A stretch of DNA of 64,000 nt from Eledone cirrhosa (Eukaryota). The notes beneath the pieces were generated by a model that had not been told where the DNA came from, ran no database searches, and saw only the letters and a list, made by a program, of their open reading frames with translations. Both the position numbers and the translations under genes were made by a program. The DNA lies in the NCBI GenBank assembly GCA_964016885.1, contig OZ024761.1:18786001-18850000 (forward strand). Direction: 5' to 3'. Below, piece by piece: positions 1-13,404 of the stretch; positions within the stretch are counted from its first letter, which is position 1; every line of letters begins with the position of its first letter.

Positions 1-128
1 ACCTTCTCTACTCTATGCTGTCTCTTCTCAATTGACAACCACTTTACAGAGTGCACTGGGTGCAATTTATCATAGTGCAAACACTAAAGAATTCTGTGAA
101 GGTGGAATATACTGAGTTTGATACGTAC

Positions 129-3100
129 TTACAAAATCTCGATCACTCACAGCATCACAACTGTTTCCAGTAATATCGGAGAACCCCAGTTCTGGAAGAA
201 GATAAAAAGTCAACATTTTAGACAGAAATAGCAGACATCATGTAAAAGATTTTTTTAAGTGGTGGGGAAAAAAATTAACCCTTTAGCATTTACATTACTG
301 CGGTAAAGGCATCGAATTTATGAGATTTTGATATTTATTTTAAGAACAATACCTTAACATCAGTATGAGTGGCCATTTACAGCTGGTTTGAACGGAAAGA
401 GGTGAGAGAATCCTGGCCGAATACGGCTGGCTTAAACTTAACCCATTTGGTATCAAACTGCCTGAAACTGCCCTAGATGTATGGTACAAAACTCCCTCAT
501 TCTGAAAGGGTTGAGGGTTCAACCCCCCATGTGTGCTGATACCCATCTTTTCCCATTCAGTGGGTTTATATGCTCCATTATTAGACTATGATGATGATTA
601 TTTAATCAAAATGTTACGGTGAAGCTTCTATTTCTGTTTATTTAAAAAAACCTGACAGAAAAGTGCTTTTCTTTGGTTTATAAAGACCAGTAGTGAATTT
701 CATCACTTCTAAAACTTACTGTAAAGCTGTAAAAACGTTTAATTACATGAACATTTCATATATTAACAGACGTGTCAATTCTCCCCATCCAACGGGGAGA
801 TCTCTTGCCCACTTTGTGTAAATGGGTATAGCTTTCATTATGTAAAATCTTTCCCTCATAAGGCATTGGTTATTCAGAGTGCCATGTAATGTGATAGATC
901 CTACGTCAGTAAGAGTGCAAAGTGAAACGACAGCCAAGCCTACAACAGCTGAATTTAAAAAATCTCATGTCTATAGATTACATATACACAAACCAGAGGT
1001 ACATGAAGTAAGAAAACTGACCTTTAGCCAAAAAGTCTCGATCAATACCAAAAGGATGTCCAGCTATGGCTCCACTGAAAAAGTAAGAAATATTTTAAAA
1101 TCATTCCCTGATTCTATGATACAAAACTTTGTTTTCAAATGTTTCTATTTATCTAAAAAACTTTCAACATAATTTTCTATGTAGAATCTTTGTGTTCCAA
1201 ACACCAGCTTAATAATGATTTCTACTTTAGGCACAAGGCCAGCAATTTGGGGAGAGTCGATTAAATCAACCCCAGTACATTACTGGTACTTTATTTTATC
1301 TACCCTGTAAGGATGAAAGGCAAAGCTAACCTCAACGGAATTTGAACTCAGAATGTAAAAGGCCTTAACTCAATGCCACAAAGCATGTTGTCCGATGCTG
1401 TACCAATACTGCAAAGCTAAGTTAGTTATATTACTATATTAAACTGTTTGTCTTAAAGTGTTTCTATTTATCTAAAAACCTTTCGAGATAATTCTATGTA
1501 TGAACATTTGTTAAGTTATGTTCCAAACACACCATCTTAATAATAAGAAAGTTAGTTATATTACTATACAAAAGTTTGCTTTAAAGTGTTTCTAATTATC
1601 TAAAAACCTTTCAACATAGTTCTATGTAAGAACCTTTGTTAAGTTATGTTCCAAACAATAAGTTAATAACTAGAAAGTTTGGTATATTAATAAATCATCC
1701 AAATTCTTGATTATTTTGAAAATGATAAACAATATCTTTCATTAGAAATATGGTAACGAAATGGTTAAAGTGTTTACATTTATCTAAAAACATTCCATCA
1801 TAATTTTATGTGAGAACTTTTGTTAAGTTATGTTCCATCTTAATAATGAGAAAGTTATATTACTAAATCCTTCCAAATTCTTGATTATTTTCAAAATCAT
1901 TTGAAAACCATAGACAGTGTATTTCATTAGAAATATGGTAATAGAAAGGTTAAATAAATTTCTTTTCACACCAATTGTTATGGAATCATACAGACAGAAG
2001 TTAAATATACAAATGAATAGTGTTCTCACCTGCCTAAAGGTAGCTTGTCAACTCGTTTATAAAGTTGCAGAAAACGATCTACGTCTCGTTGCAACATCCA
2101 GGTAAAACTGCAACACAGAACAAAATTTTGTTATTAATTGTAGGTTTCACACCTGTACTATATATAATTGTATGTACATATGTGTGTGTATATATATATA
2201 TAGTCGTATGTGTGTATTGTATATGTATGTATATATATACAAGTCTGGCAGAATGTCGGTTGACAGTCTGTCAAACTACATCCAGGCAATGCAACCCAAC
2301 ATCACTAACACAAGAGAAGTAACACCACAAGAGCATGAGGATAGGGAGAAAACCCTCAACGCCCATATGATGATGTGGACAAACATAATGCAGCCCAATA
2401 AAAGGACTGCCAACAACTTCCAGGCCTGGAACAATGACGTGCCAGCGTTGTATGGGCTTCGAAAAGACCATAAAACGAGCAGTGACCCTGTCACGGGACC
2501 ACCAACACGGCCAGTCTGTGGAGCTAACATTGCTAGTAACTACAGACTTTCCCTACTTCCTCTCCCTGATCATACACCCCATCATTGAAATGTCCCCAGA
2601 TATATGTGACAGCACGGAGGACCTCCTCAGCAGAATCAGCAAAAGTAACCGATCTAGGGACCTAACAAACTGTATAATAGGTAGTATGGATGTTGTGTCC
2701 CTATATCCATCCATTGACGTGGATTTTGCTGTGGAGAAATGCGTAGAAATGATCAGTGAGAGCAATGTAATAGTAAATGTAAATGTATAGTAATGATTAT
2801 CTAGATACATATGACTTTAGCAACCTGTGCCCTACAAGACCAGCAAGAGGCAGACCACCTACCATTACCTCAATGACCAAGAAAACCCACACAGATAGAT
2901 GGATGGAACGGGTGAACCAGAGCCATACGGACCCCCGAAAACCACGATGAACTAAAGAAAATGATTGCACATGCGGTGGGGGCCAGTATAAAATTAACCC
3001 TTAAGGAACATATGTTCAAATTTAATGGAAAAACATATGCCCAAGAGGAGGGAGCAGCCATTGGTGTTAGCATTGCAGGTGACATAGCTAACCTATTCAT

Positions 3101-4340
3101 GGTATGGTGGGACAATAGATTTAAACTTTAACTTAAAGAACAATTAGAAGACAGCAACCTCTTAACCCTGATAATGTACTCCCGCTACATTGATGATATA
3201 AACATCGTAGTAAAAACACCCCCACTAGAGAACAGTCAGGAATTAGAGAAAAACACCATGGAAAGCATCCAGCAAATAGCTAACTCCATCCACCAGAGTA
3301 TTAGAGTTACTATAGACTACCCAAGCAAACACCCCAACCATCGATTACCTGTACTAGACACAGAGCTCTGGTTATATATATATATATATATAACATGTAG
3401 TTGTTTGTGTGTATTTTATGTATATATATATACATAAAATATATATATATTCGTATGTGTGTATTTATGTGTATATATATATAATTGTTTCTACTTTTGG
3501 CACAAGGCCAGCAATTACCCAGTACATTACTGGTACTTTATTTTATCGACCCCCGTAAGGATGAAAGGCAAAGTTGACCTCGGCGGGATTTGAACTCAGA
3601 ATGGGAAGGGGCGTAACTCTATGCATGAAAGCATGACATCCGACCCTCTACCGATACTGCCAATCCAACGCCCTTATATATACACCATGTGTATATATAT
3701 ATAATGGAGGTGTGTATCTACTACACTGTACTGGTACACTGTCAATGTTGTATGTAAAATGGAGATATAAGAAGTATATACAATTTGAGGACACCTTTCT
3801 ACTTTCCTTTGTCCCACTAATGTTAAAAGAACTTAATACTTACGTTGGGGGGAAAAAAAGGGTTTGGGGTGAAAAATGAAGCAACAAACCTCAGTAACCA
3901 TTGGCTCCATCGAATGGGCTGAGCTCTCTGCAAATGTGTATAGCCAGGCATCAGGACATCAATTTCACTGTAGGAAAATAGAGAATGGAGTTAACTCTTT
4001 ACTCTACATTTACTATTGTATTTTCATGGTAAAGGCTTTATCTCACATAATATCGAATCTATGAGATTTTGTTGATATTTATTTTGAGAACAATACCTTA
4101 ACATCAGTATGAGTGGCAAGTTATTGCTGATTTGAATAGAAAGAGGTGAGAGAATTGTGGCCGGATACAGCCGGTTTAAATGCTAAAGGGTTAAAGAAAT
4201 ATCATTTAATGTCTATTTTTGTCGTACTGGCATGGGTCCGACTTATAGAACAAGGGCGCCTTTAGTAAAATCAGCCTAATTTTGTCATCATGTGATCCCA
4301 AATAGTGGCTCCATAGTGGTGATTAATTATGAAATATGAT

Positions 4341-4395
<55 letters not shown>

Positions 4396-5838
4396 GATCG
4401 ACTTTCGTCAAATTGGACCGAGGAAACAATGTTTCCGTTGGTCTTTCCAATTGCTAATACTTTCTATCGGTCGCAACTCCAGGTAGAAGGAGCAACGTGA
4501 AATAAAGTGTCTTGCTCAAGGACATAACACATCGCCTGGACCAGGAATCGAACTTACAACCTCGCGATTGTGAATCAAATTCTCTTGCCACTCAGCCACG
4601 TGCCTTCACTTACAATTAATTATAAATATGCATTTTCATATCACAATGCATAATTACATTATAGATAATTGGTGGTCGAATAATCAGTATTAGCTAATTT
4701 GCTTATTTATACATCCTTAGATGATGCTACGAGCTAGAGAGGAGGGGGTAAGGAGAGAACGACCATCAGTCTTGCAGCAAGTGTGTGTGTATGTGTGTGT
4801 CACAAGGAAGAAAGGGGAGATAACCCACACTCGGATGTTTACCTTTCGGCCCGATTCAGGAAAACAGTAATGAGCTGTTTCAAATATTTTCTCTGCTGCT
4901 TAATGGCTTTCTTCATCCAGAGTCTTAGATCGGTGACAGCTTGATCATTCCTGCTTCGTCCAGTGTGTAACTTCCCAGCAGGTTCACCAATAAGTTCCTG
5001 AGAAGAAGCAAAAAAAAATACAAAAAAAAAAAATTGGTATAATGAAAATTAGAACGAGGCTCAACATACAACGAAAGCTACTAATTCAATTTTCATAGTT
5101 TAAGAATATTTAGAGAAGAACAAATGTGATGATATGAACTTACTTTCAATCGGCGTTCATTAGCTGTGTGAATGTCTTCATCATGGGGTTGCAGCTGGAA
5201 TTTCTTTTCCTTCCATTCTATCATAACCTGGAAGACAAAACACAATAACAATTAATGTACAAAGCTGAATTTTCAGCTCTATACTTGAGTACATCATCCT
5301 TTATTCTTATATATCTTCTTTAATCCAGTAACTCCTGAGAGAGACATAGGGGTGCCAAATTGACATACAGCGTTTCTAGGATATTTTAAAATCCTGGCAG
5401 AGATAATCTCTTCTCCAGGCCTAAATACAGCAGATTTCTTCCAGAGAAGGATAGAGAGAGTGGGAAAGAGATTTAGAGGAAGAATCGATCCCAGTACTTG
5501 ACTGGTACTTTTTTTATCGACCTCAAATCGATGAAAGGCAAAGTTGAACTTGGCAGCAGGGAGTGAGAACGGAGCATTCTATCCAACGCTTTAATGACTG
5601 TCAGTTTGCCACCTTGTATATATATATATAAGTATTGAAGTTTCCGTTGAAAATTGAAAAAGTCAGAGGAGTGAAGAGTGCTCTATGTAAGTTACAGAGC
5701 TAAATCTAATGTATAATAAACAATACAATATAATTACCTCATTACCAGAGGTTTCCCAAATAAGACGAATACAAGAAACGTCCACATTCGTTCGTCAGAC
5801 AAGGCAATGAGGTAATTATATTGTATTGTTTATTATAC

Positions 5839-5886
<48 letters not shown>

Positions 5887-6731
5887 AATAACAGGAGGCT
5901 GGACTGGTGTAAATCCTTGAAAGGTTTATTATACTATGATCATTTCAATGACCGGTTCTATCCAGTGGTGAACCAACAAACCTAAATATATATATATATA
6001 TATGTGTATTTAAAAGGTAAACAGAAATAACAACACAATCAGTACAGTATATGGAAGGAATATATTAGGTTAACGCTTGAAATAGCAGGAAGAGGGTCTG
6101 AACGTTTCGGGCACTAGTTCTTCATCAGAAGAAAGAATGAAGGGACAGATTGGAATTGGAAAAAATGTCTTTTACAATAACAATTGTCTAATATACAAAG
6201 ATGCAGGCATGGTTATGTGGTTTAAGAAGACGGACTTTAAATAATGACGTCGACAATGATGATGATAGTTGTGTAGTTGTATAGTGTACTAACCTTATGA
6301 AGTCCATCAATGATAAGGTCACACTCTTTTTCACTGATCAAACCAATCTTCTGGATCGCTTTTGCGTAAGCCAAACTGCCCTGTTAAGAAAATAGAGAGA
6401 TGTACAAAAGGGGTTACTCACATGTCGGAATAAAAAAAAATAAAAATGGAAACCCCCAAAACAACAAAAACGCTAGAGGTAAATTAGGTAAATGGTTATA
6501 GCTAAGTAGCCCATTTACACAAACGAAAAAACTATATATTTTCACCTGCCTTAAAACCCAGCAGTAAGAAGAAGGTGAGAACCATGTAAGTTTGAAATGC
6601 ATCGACAATTATCCCCCCTTGCTTCTGCTAGAGTCCACTCGGTAGCGCTGACTGTCAGACTTCTATTCATAGCTGAGGCTTTCTAAATGTTTATTTATCA
6701 AACATGCCATATATCTTTAGATATAGAAACT

Positions 6732-6768
<37 letters not shown>

Positions 6769-6878
6769 CGAAGGAAATGTGGTAAGGAACCAGATGGAAC
6801 CAGATGGACCATAACGCACCAAAGTCCAGAATTAGCTGTCGAAACGGCTTGAGCTCAGCCGTCGGGGTCCTACTGGTT

Positions 6879-6919
<41 letters not shown>

Positions 6920-6966
6920 ATAATAAATACAAAGACCCCAAAATCCAGAGAGGACTTGGTTAGGGT

Positions 6967-7011
<45 letters not shown>

Positions 7012-7593
7012 GATTGACGACTTGAAAGAAAAGAGTATACAAATTAGTGAACCTGCTGGGAAGTTACACACTGGACGAAGCAACAACGCAGCACGCCATT
7101 TTTCATTCCTATATTTTTTCCCCTCGCCGCGATCTGTCTTTTTCTATCACCTTACTGCTATCCTCTTTCTCTCTCCTTGTACCACTTATTTTCATTCACC
7201 CCGTCTGCTAGTCACACTCTCTCGGCTGGCCTCTTCCTCACACTTTCACTCACTCCCCCTCTCTCACTTCCCCCCGTCTGAACTGTGTGAAATCCTTTTC
7301 TCGCTCACATTTTGCAGGGTATGGACGCGTCTGTCGTCTTTTCGTCATTGATTTGCTAGAACTTAAGTTCACATGTATCATTGACTTGTTTTCTCAATTT
7401 CCTCTCTTTACGTTGCATTACCATTTTGTTTGTTTACATGTCCCTATTTCTCTACCCATTCTTTGTGTCCCAATAACTTATTTTAGTTATTGCTCGCACT
7501 GACTTTGAGGTATCTGGTCTTTAATGCGAAGAAATACTATGATAGTCAGAAGATCACTGATGATGGACAGTCCTGTTTCTTGGTCTATTTTTC

Positions 7594-7629
<36 letters not shown>

Positions 7630-7703
7630 GGTGTCCTGTATATATACACACTTCAACAGCATTCTAATAAATGTGTATACATTTTTGGGGACATCCTGTG
7701 TAC

Positions 7704-7736
<33 letters not shown>

Positions 7737-8582
7737 TATGTATATATTTATTAAAATAAATATTTTAATAAATATTTGCTCTAGGGTTCTTATATATTTG
7801 ATATATATTTATCCTTATCGACCCCTCTTTGGATTTTAGTCTTCACATTTATTATTATTCCTATATATATATATATAAGAGTGTATGTTTGAAATGGGGT
7901 AGCATTAGTTAAAATATTCAAACATTATTAACTGATTGAGCACTCAATACTTCTGGATAGAGTGTAAATTTGATTTTCTAAGTAGAAACGAGACAGTGAC
8001 TTTGAAGTTTCATCATTGATTCACCTTCATTGACAGGTGAGAACAACTTACCTGTAAGTCTTCTTCCCACATTCGTTTATCAAAACTAATGGAAGCATTA
8101 AACTTCTCCATGATGGGGTCCACGCTGCCAGAGAACCGACCACCCCACAGCTTGCCACCCTGAAATAATATAGACATATATAATAGATGGAATTAGGTAG
8201 ATATTGGTGGTGATGATGATGGTGGTGGTGATGGTGATGATGGTGTTAGTGGTTATGATGATGATGGTGGTGTTAATGGTGATGGTGATGATGGTGTTAG
8301 TGGTTATGATGATGATGGTGGTGTTAATGGTGATGATGGTGTTAGTGGTTATGACGATGATGGTGGTGTTAATGGTGTTAGTGGTTATGATGATGATGGT
8401 GGTGTTAATGGTGTTAGTGGTTATGATGATGATGGTGGTTATGATGATGATGGTGGTGATGATGGTGTTAGTGGTTATGATGATGATGGTGTTAGTGGTT
8501 ATGACGATGATGGTAATGATGATGCTGATAGTGGTGGTGGTAATGATGTTGGTGTTAGTGGTGGTGGTGACAATGGTGGTAA

Positions 8583-8616
<34 letters not shown>

Positions 8617-9947
8617 GTTAGTGATGATGGTGTCAGTGGTGATATTGATAGTGGTGGTGGTGTTGATAGTGGTGACACTGGTGGTAATGATGATGATGCT
8701 GATAGTGATGGCGGTGGTCGTGGTGGTGTTAGTGTTAACAGTGGTGGTGGTGGTGGTCAGTGGCGATGGTGATGATGATGATGGTGTTGGTTGTGGTGAT
8801 GGTAATGTCAGTGTTAACGTTGGTGATGCTGATAGTGATAGTGGTGGTGGTAGTGGTAGTGGTGGTGGTGGTGGTGGAGTTGGTGTCAGTGGTCATGGTG
8901 ACGATAAAAAATAAATAAACAAACAGGAAATCGAAATAATATTTGAAAAGAAATTGTCAATAAATATGAGCTATGAATTAATAAATTAACTAATTAAAGG
9001 TATTATGGAGGCACATGGCTTAGTGGTTAGAGCATTGGTCTTGCAATCGAAAGGTTGTGAGTTCAATTCTCAGACCGGGTGATCTGTTGTTTCCTTGAAC
9101 AAGAGACTTTATTTCACATTGCTCCAGTTTACTCAGCTGTAGAAATGAGATGATAGGACTGGAGTCCCTATCATTCCACTGTAAAGTGGTCGTGCCATGA
9201 AAAAAAATAAAAAGGACCCAGTACCCACTGTAAATGAGGTTGGTGTTAGGAAGGGCATCCAGCTGTAGAAATCAAGCCAGAATCAGTTCCCGTCCCACCC
9301 TTGCAAGCAGGGAAAAGCGGACGTAAAATGATGATGATGATGATTTGATTAAATTTTTACCTCAATTTTCTTATCGGGAGTTGGTGGTTGTGGTTGTGGT
9401 TGTGGTGTTGTTGTTGGTGGTGGTGGTGTCGGTGTTGGAGTTGGTTCCAAGGGTTCAGAGTTTCGTGGACGTTTAGCTTCGAGTGGCATAGTGTTCTCCT
9501 CGGAAGGATGTTTACCTGTATCAGGTTTCTCAACTGCAGGCTAAATCACAAACATTTGAAGAGTTAATTAGAGTTCTTAACGCTTACTTTACCTTACCTG
9601 ACCATATTTCTAATGAAATACACTCTATTTCAAATAATTATTGAAAAATGTTGAAGGATTTACTGAAATTATTAATTATTTCATTTCTTAGTAAGTTGAC
9701 ACATAATTCTTATATTAAATTATATTGGAAGAATTTTAATTTAAATAGGAACTTTGTATTTCAATTAATTAATGAAGAATTTTGAAGGATTTACTAAAAT
9801 TATTATTTCATTACTATTTTTAAGAAATGGATGGTGAGTTATGGAAGTAGTGGTGAGGGGTAAGAGGCAAGGGGTGAAAGATATAATTAAGGGGTATGGG
9901 TGACGGGTAGGGGGTAAGATTTAGAATTTACTTACTTCTGCAGACAT
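129..9947 (-). CDS. ASL: Argininosuccinate lyase, 5' part (gene continues beyond left edge). Coding exons: 9947-9936, 9540-9361 (probable cassette), 8159-8052, 6380-6294, 5227-5144, 4997-4843, 3967-3890, 2107-2030, 1074-1022, 191-129
   Basis: Spliced translation MSAE / [60 aa] / [36 protein letters not shown] / [16 protein letters not shown]... / ...[13 protein letters not shown] / [27 protein letters not shown]... / [25 protein letters not shown] / ...LPLGS / [17 protein letters not shown] / [21 protein letters not shown]. These are hallmark ASL motifs; all introns are GT-AG and phases match. Confidence 0.96.
2237..3372 (+). mobile_element. Degenerate Penelope-like element reverse transcriptase fragment in an ASL intron
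   Basis: Frameshifted RT motifs: [12 protein letters not shown]...[67 protein letters not shown]; flanked by (TA)n. Confidence 0.8.
3482..3675 (-). mobile_element. tRNA-derived SINE (family A); other copies ~1218-1415(-), 5480-5615(-), 10010-10195(-), 11005-11160(+), 12430-12585(-), 20870-21190(+, x2), 21237-21647(-, x2), 28318-28745(+), 38385-38990(+, x3), 51650-51836(+), 59148-59340(-)
   Basis: A box tggcagtatcggtaga, B box gagttcaaatcc, conserved central gcctttcatccttacggggtcgataaaataaagtaccag, (ATT)n tail. Confidence 0.88.
8204..8900. repeat. (GAT/GGT)n low-complexity trinucleotide tract in an ASL intron
   Basis: Degenerate atg/gtg repeats; yields an artefactual M/V-rich ORF. Confidence 0.9.
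9007..9343 (+). mobile_element. tRNA-derived CORE-type SINE (family B); other copies ~30955-31262(-), 33847-34182(+), 36021-36350(+), 37545-37870(+), 39628-40003(+), 52091-52437(-), partial 4490-4610(-)
   Basis: Pol III A/B boxes (tggcttagtggttaga, gagttcaattc), CORE-like ccttgagcaagacactt, and 3' tail ttaggaagggcatccagctgtag...(ATG)n shared with nearby RTE LINE ends. Confidence 0.88.
9361..9540 (-). CDS. ASL: Putative 180-nt in-frame (phase 0-0) extra exon of ASL encoding a Pro/Thr-rich segment with a KRPR basic motif
   Basis: Acceptor tgatttag|CCT and donor GAG|gtaaaa; stop-free 60 codons [60 protein letters not shown], lying between the MSAE and GGKLWGGRF exons. Confidence 0.7.
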
Positions 9948-11781
9948 GTTGGAGGTTTCTGGAAAAAAAATGTATAATAAAATTAATTTTTATAAAAATA
10001 ACAAATAAATAATTGTTTCTACTTTTGGCACAAGGCCAGCAATTATCCCAGTACATTACTGGTACTTTATTTTATCGACCCCGTAAGGATGAAAGGCAAA
10101 GTTAACCTCGGTGGGTTTTGAACTCAGACCGTAAAGGGACGTAACTATGCTAGAAAGCATGGCGTCCGACCTTCTACCGATACTGCCAATTCGCTATGGA
10201 AATTTATGTAAATATATATAGATTATGCAAATATATATATATATTTATATTATGGAAATATACATAAACTATGTAAATATATATAAACTGGGTTTAACAT
10301 ATGTTGAACAGTGTGTGTGTGTGTGCTTCACAATAAATGGATCATGTATGTGTGTATGCATGCATCTGTGCTTAACAATCAATGGAGCATGCATGTATGT
10401 ATGTGTGTGTGTGTGTGTGTGTGTGTTTATTTAACACTCAATGGAGCATGTATGTGTAAGTGTGTGCGTTTAACACTCAATGGAGCGTGTATGTGTGTTT
10501 GTGTATACAACAGATGTTGTTTAACCCCAGGACAACCCAGATCATGCCAGGTAAAGCATGAATTCAAAATCATTTCTACAACTATGTCAGGGTTTTTCAT
10601 GTACTTAGAACTACAGTATTCAACATGTCCTTCTTTTTTAAGATAGCTATGTTGGATTTGAGAGAGGTTTGGCTGCTATTTCTAGCCTGTTCCAGAAATT
10701 ACATGCAGCCAACCCTCACCCACATCCTCTGCAGTATTTAAACTTTTAACATCCTGTAATGATGGGTTTGTTAATTCAAATGTTTATAGTATCTTTACTG
10801 GAGGACATATGGTTGTGAAAATTTGCAGTATTATAGTAAAAACTTTGGTATTTAACCCTTTAGCATTTAAACTGGCTGTATCCGGCCAGAATTCTCTTAC
10901 CCCTTTCTGTTCAAACTGGCCATAACTGGCCACTCATACTTATATTAAGGTATTATTCTCAAAATTAATAATATCCAAATCTCACACTGTACACAATAAT
11001 TTCATTGCTTTGACGCATAGAGTTACGGCCCTTGCCATTCTGAGTTCGAATCCCGCCGAGGTTAACTTTGCCTTTCATCCTTACGCGGTCGGTAAAATAA
11101 AGTACCAGTAATGCACTGGATAATTGCTGGCCTTGTGCTTAAAGTAGAAACAATTATTATTCGATATTATGAGAGATAAAGCCTTTACCATGAAAATAGA
11201 ATAGTATATATAGAGTAATGTGATGCAACATAGTTCTCTTTTGTATTTTTTTAGTCTTGCTAATGTGGTTTGTGCATTAAAATGTTTATAGTATCTTTAC
11301 TAGACAGATCATTGCGTAAATTTGCAGTAATATAGTAAAGACTTTGGTATTTAACCCTTTCATGACTACATTTCTAATGAATTTCACTCTATTTTAATTA
11401 ATTAATAAAGAATTTTGAAAGATTTACTTAAATTATTAATTATTTCATTAGTAAGATAGTAACTTAATGTAGGGTTTTTATATAAAATAATGTTGGAAGA
11501 TTTTAATTTATATAAATTGGAAACCTTTAAAATGGATGACTTTATTTCATAGAACCAGGCCCCACTATTTAGCCTTAATAAAATGAATATATATTTAGAA
11601 TAAGAAAATGCGAAGTAGTTTTAGAAGTCCTTTCTGGATAAGACCATGATACATATTTCGATGTTGACAGCAGCCACACAATTCCACGTACCCAGTGCCA
11701 TGATATCATCAGACAGCTTCTTACATAATAAGGTTACGTTCCCTGGCAAAGGCTTCAAGAGCATCATTTTTCTCCGTTCGT

Positions 11782-12177
11782 TTGTTGTTTCACATATAAC
11801 AAAATATCGTTTTAAATCTGTAAAACTGGACATCTAAACTCCAACATCACCCACCCAGTTACGGTCTCTATATCTATTTGTCGAACTACTAAGTCACGGG
11901 AACAAATACCACATTGTTGTTTCACATATAACAAAATATCGTTTTAAATCTGTAAAACTGGACATCTAAACTCCAACATCACCCACCCAGTTACGGTCTC
12001 TATATCTATTTGTCGAACTACTAAGTCACGGGAACAAATACCACATTGTTGTTTCACATATAACAAAATATCGTTTTAAATCTGTAAAACTGGACATCTA
12101 AACTCCAACATCACCCACCCAGTTACGGTCTCTATATCTATTTGTCGAACTACTAAGTCACGGGAACAAATACCACA
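11782..12177. repeat. 132-bp unit, three near-identical tandem copies
   Basis: Copies start at 11782, 11914 and 12046 (ttgttgtttcacatataacaaaatatcg...gaacaaataccaca). Confidence 0.95.
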
Positions 12178-12849
12178 ACACCTTTTGTCCGGCACTCTTA
12201 ACGATTCTGTCAAGCCACATATGGTAATGGTATGGTCCCGTAACTTCTGAGGGAGTTGTAAGCGGCGCCGTATTGAAATACTCACACGCTATTTCTTGGG
12301 AAATTTAAAAAAAAAAAAAAAAAAAAAACCTGGTGGAGCCCATATCTCTATGACTGAGTAGAGCAGATTTCTTTCAGAGAATGATAGAGGCTGAGAGAAT
12401 GGACGGGAGAAAGAGATATAGAGGAGGAATCGACCCCAGTAATAGACTGGTACTTTATTTGTCGACCTCGAATAGATGAAAGGCAAAGTTGACTTCAGCG
12501 GGATTTGAACTCAGAGTGGAGAGTCGAAACAAATACCACAAAGCATATATCTGACGTTCTAATGGCTCTCACAATTCACCGCCTTAAGCTTAAGCTGTGA
12601 AAATGGACAGCTAAACTCCAACATCAACCCACTCCGTCATTGCCGGATTTAGGACAAATGAGGCCCTGTATTAGTTAAGTTATGAGGCCCCTTACTCGTA
12701 AAAAAACTTTTGGCAGGAAGATGGACCTATCCCCTGGCCAATGAGGCCGTGCTTAAGCACAATGGTAAACCCGACAATGCCCTCAGTTATGTAAATAGTT
12801 TTAAACCACGGATATCCACTAACACGTCGATATAATAGCTACACGAGTT

Positions 12850-13404
12850 CCGTTGTGTTATAACAGCCACATGGGTCCTGTTGTGTTAAAATAGCCACAT
12901 GGGTCCTGTTGTGTTATAACAGCCACATGGGTCCTGTTGTGTTATAACAGCCACATGGGTCCTGTTGTGTTATAACAGCCACATGGGTCCTGTTGTGTTA
13001 TAACAGCCACATGGGTCCTGTTGTGTTATAACAGCCACATGGGTCCTGCTGTGTTAAAATAGCCACATGGGTCCTGTTGTGTTATAACAGCCACATGGGT
13101 CCTGTTGTGTTATAACAGCCACATTGGTCCTGTTGTGTTATAACAGCCACATGGATCCTGTTGTGTTATAACAGCCACATTGGTCCTGTTGTGTTATAAC
13201 AGCCACATTGGTCCTGTTGTGTTATAACAGCCACATGGGTCCTGTTGTGTTAAAATAGCCACATGGGTCCTGTTATGTTAAAATAGCCACATGGGTCCTC
13301 TGTTATGAAGCTTGTTGTGTTAAAATAGCTACATGGGTCCCGCTGTGTTAAAACAACCACATGGGTTCCGTTATGTTATAACAGCCACATGGGTCACGTT
13401 GTGT
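12850..13404. repeat. 28-bp minisatellite, ~19 copies
   Basis: Unit acagccacatgggtcctgttgtgttata, head-to-tail. Confidence 0.95.

Noticed and set aside
8204-8914. 236-aa Met/Val-rich ORF
   Set aside because: Trinucleotide low-complexity tract in an ASL intron.
9007-9080. tRNA gene
   Set aside because: The A and B boxes belong to SINE heads that run into CORE-like bodies and tails in many copies.
12850-13404. 28-bp repeats resembling a CRISPR array
   Set aside because: Head-to-tail units with no unique spacers, no cas genes, and a eukaryotic context: a minisatellite.
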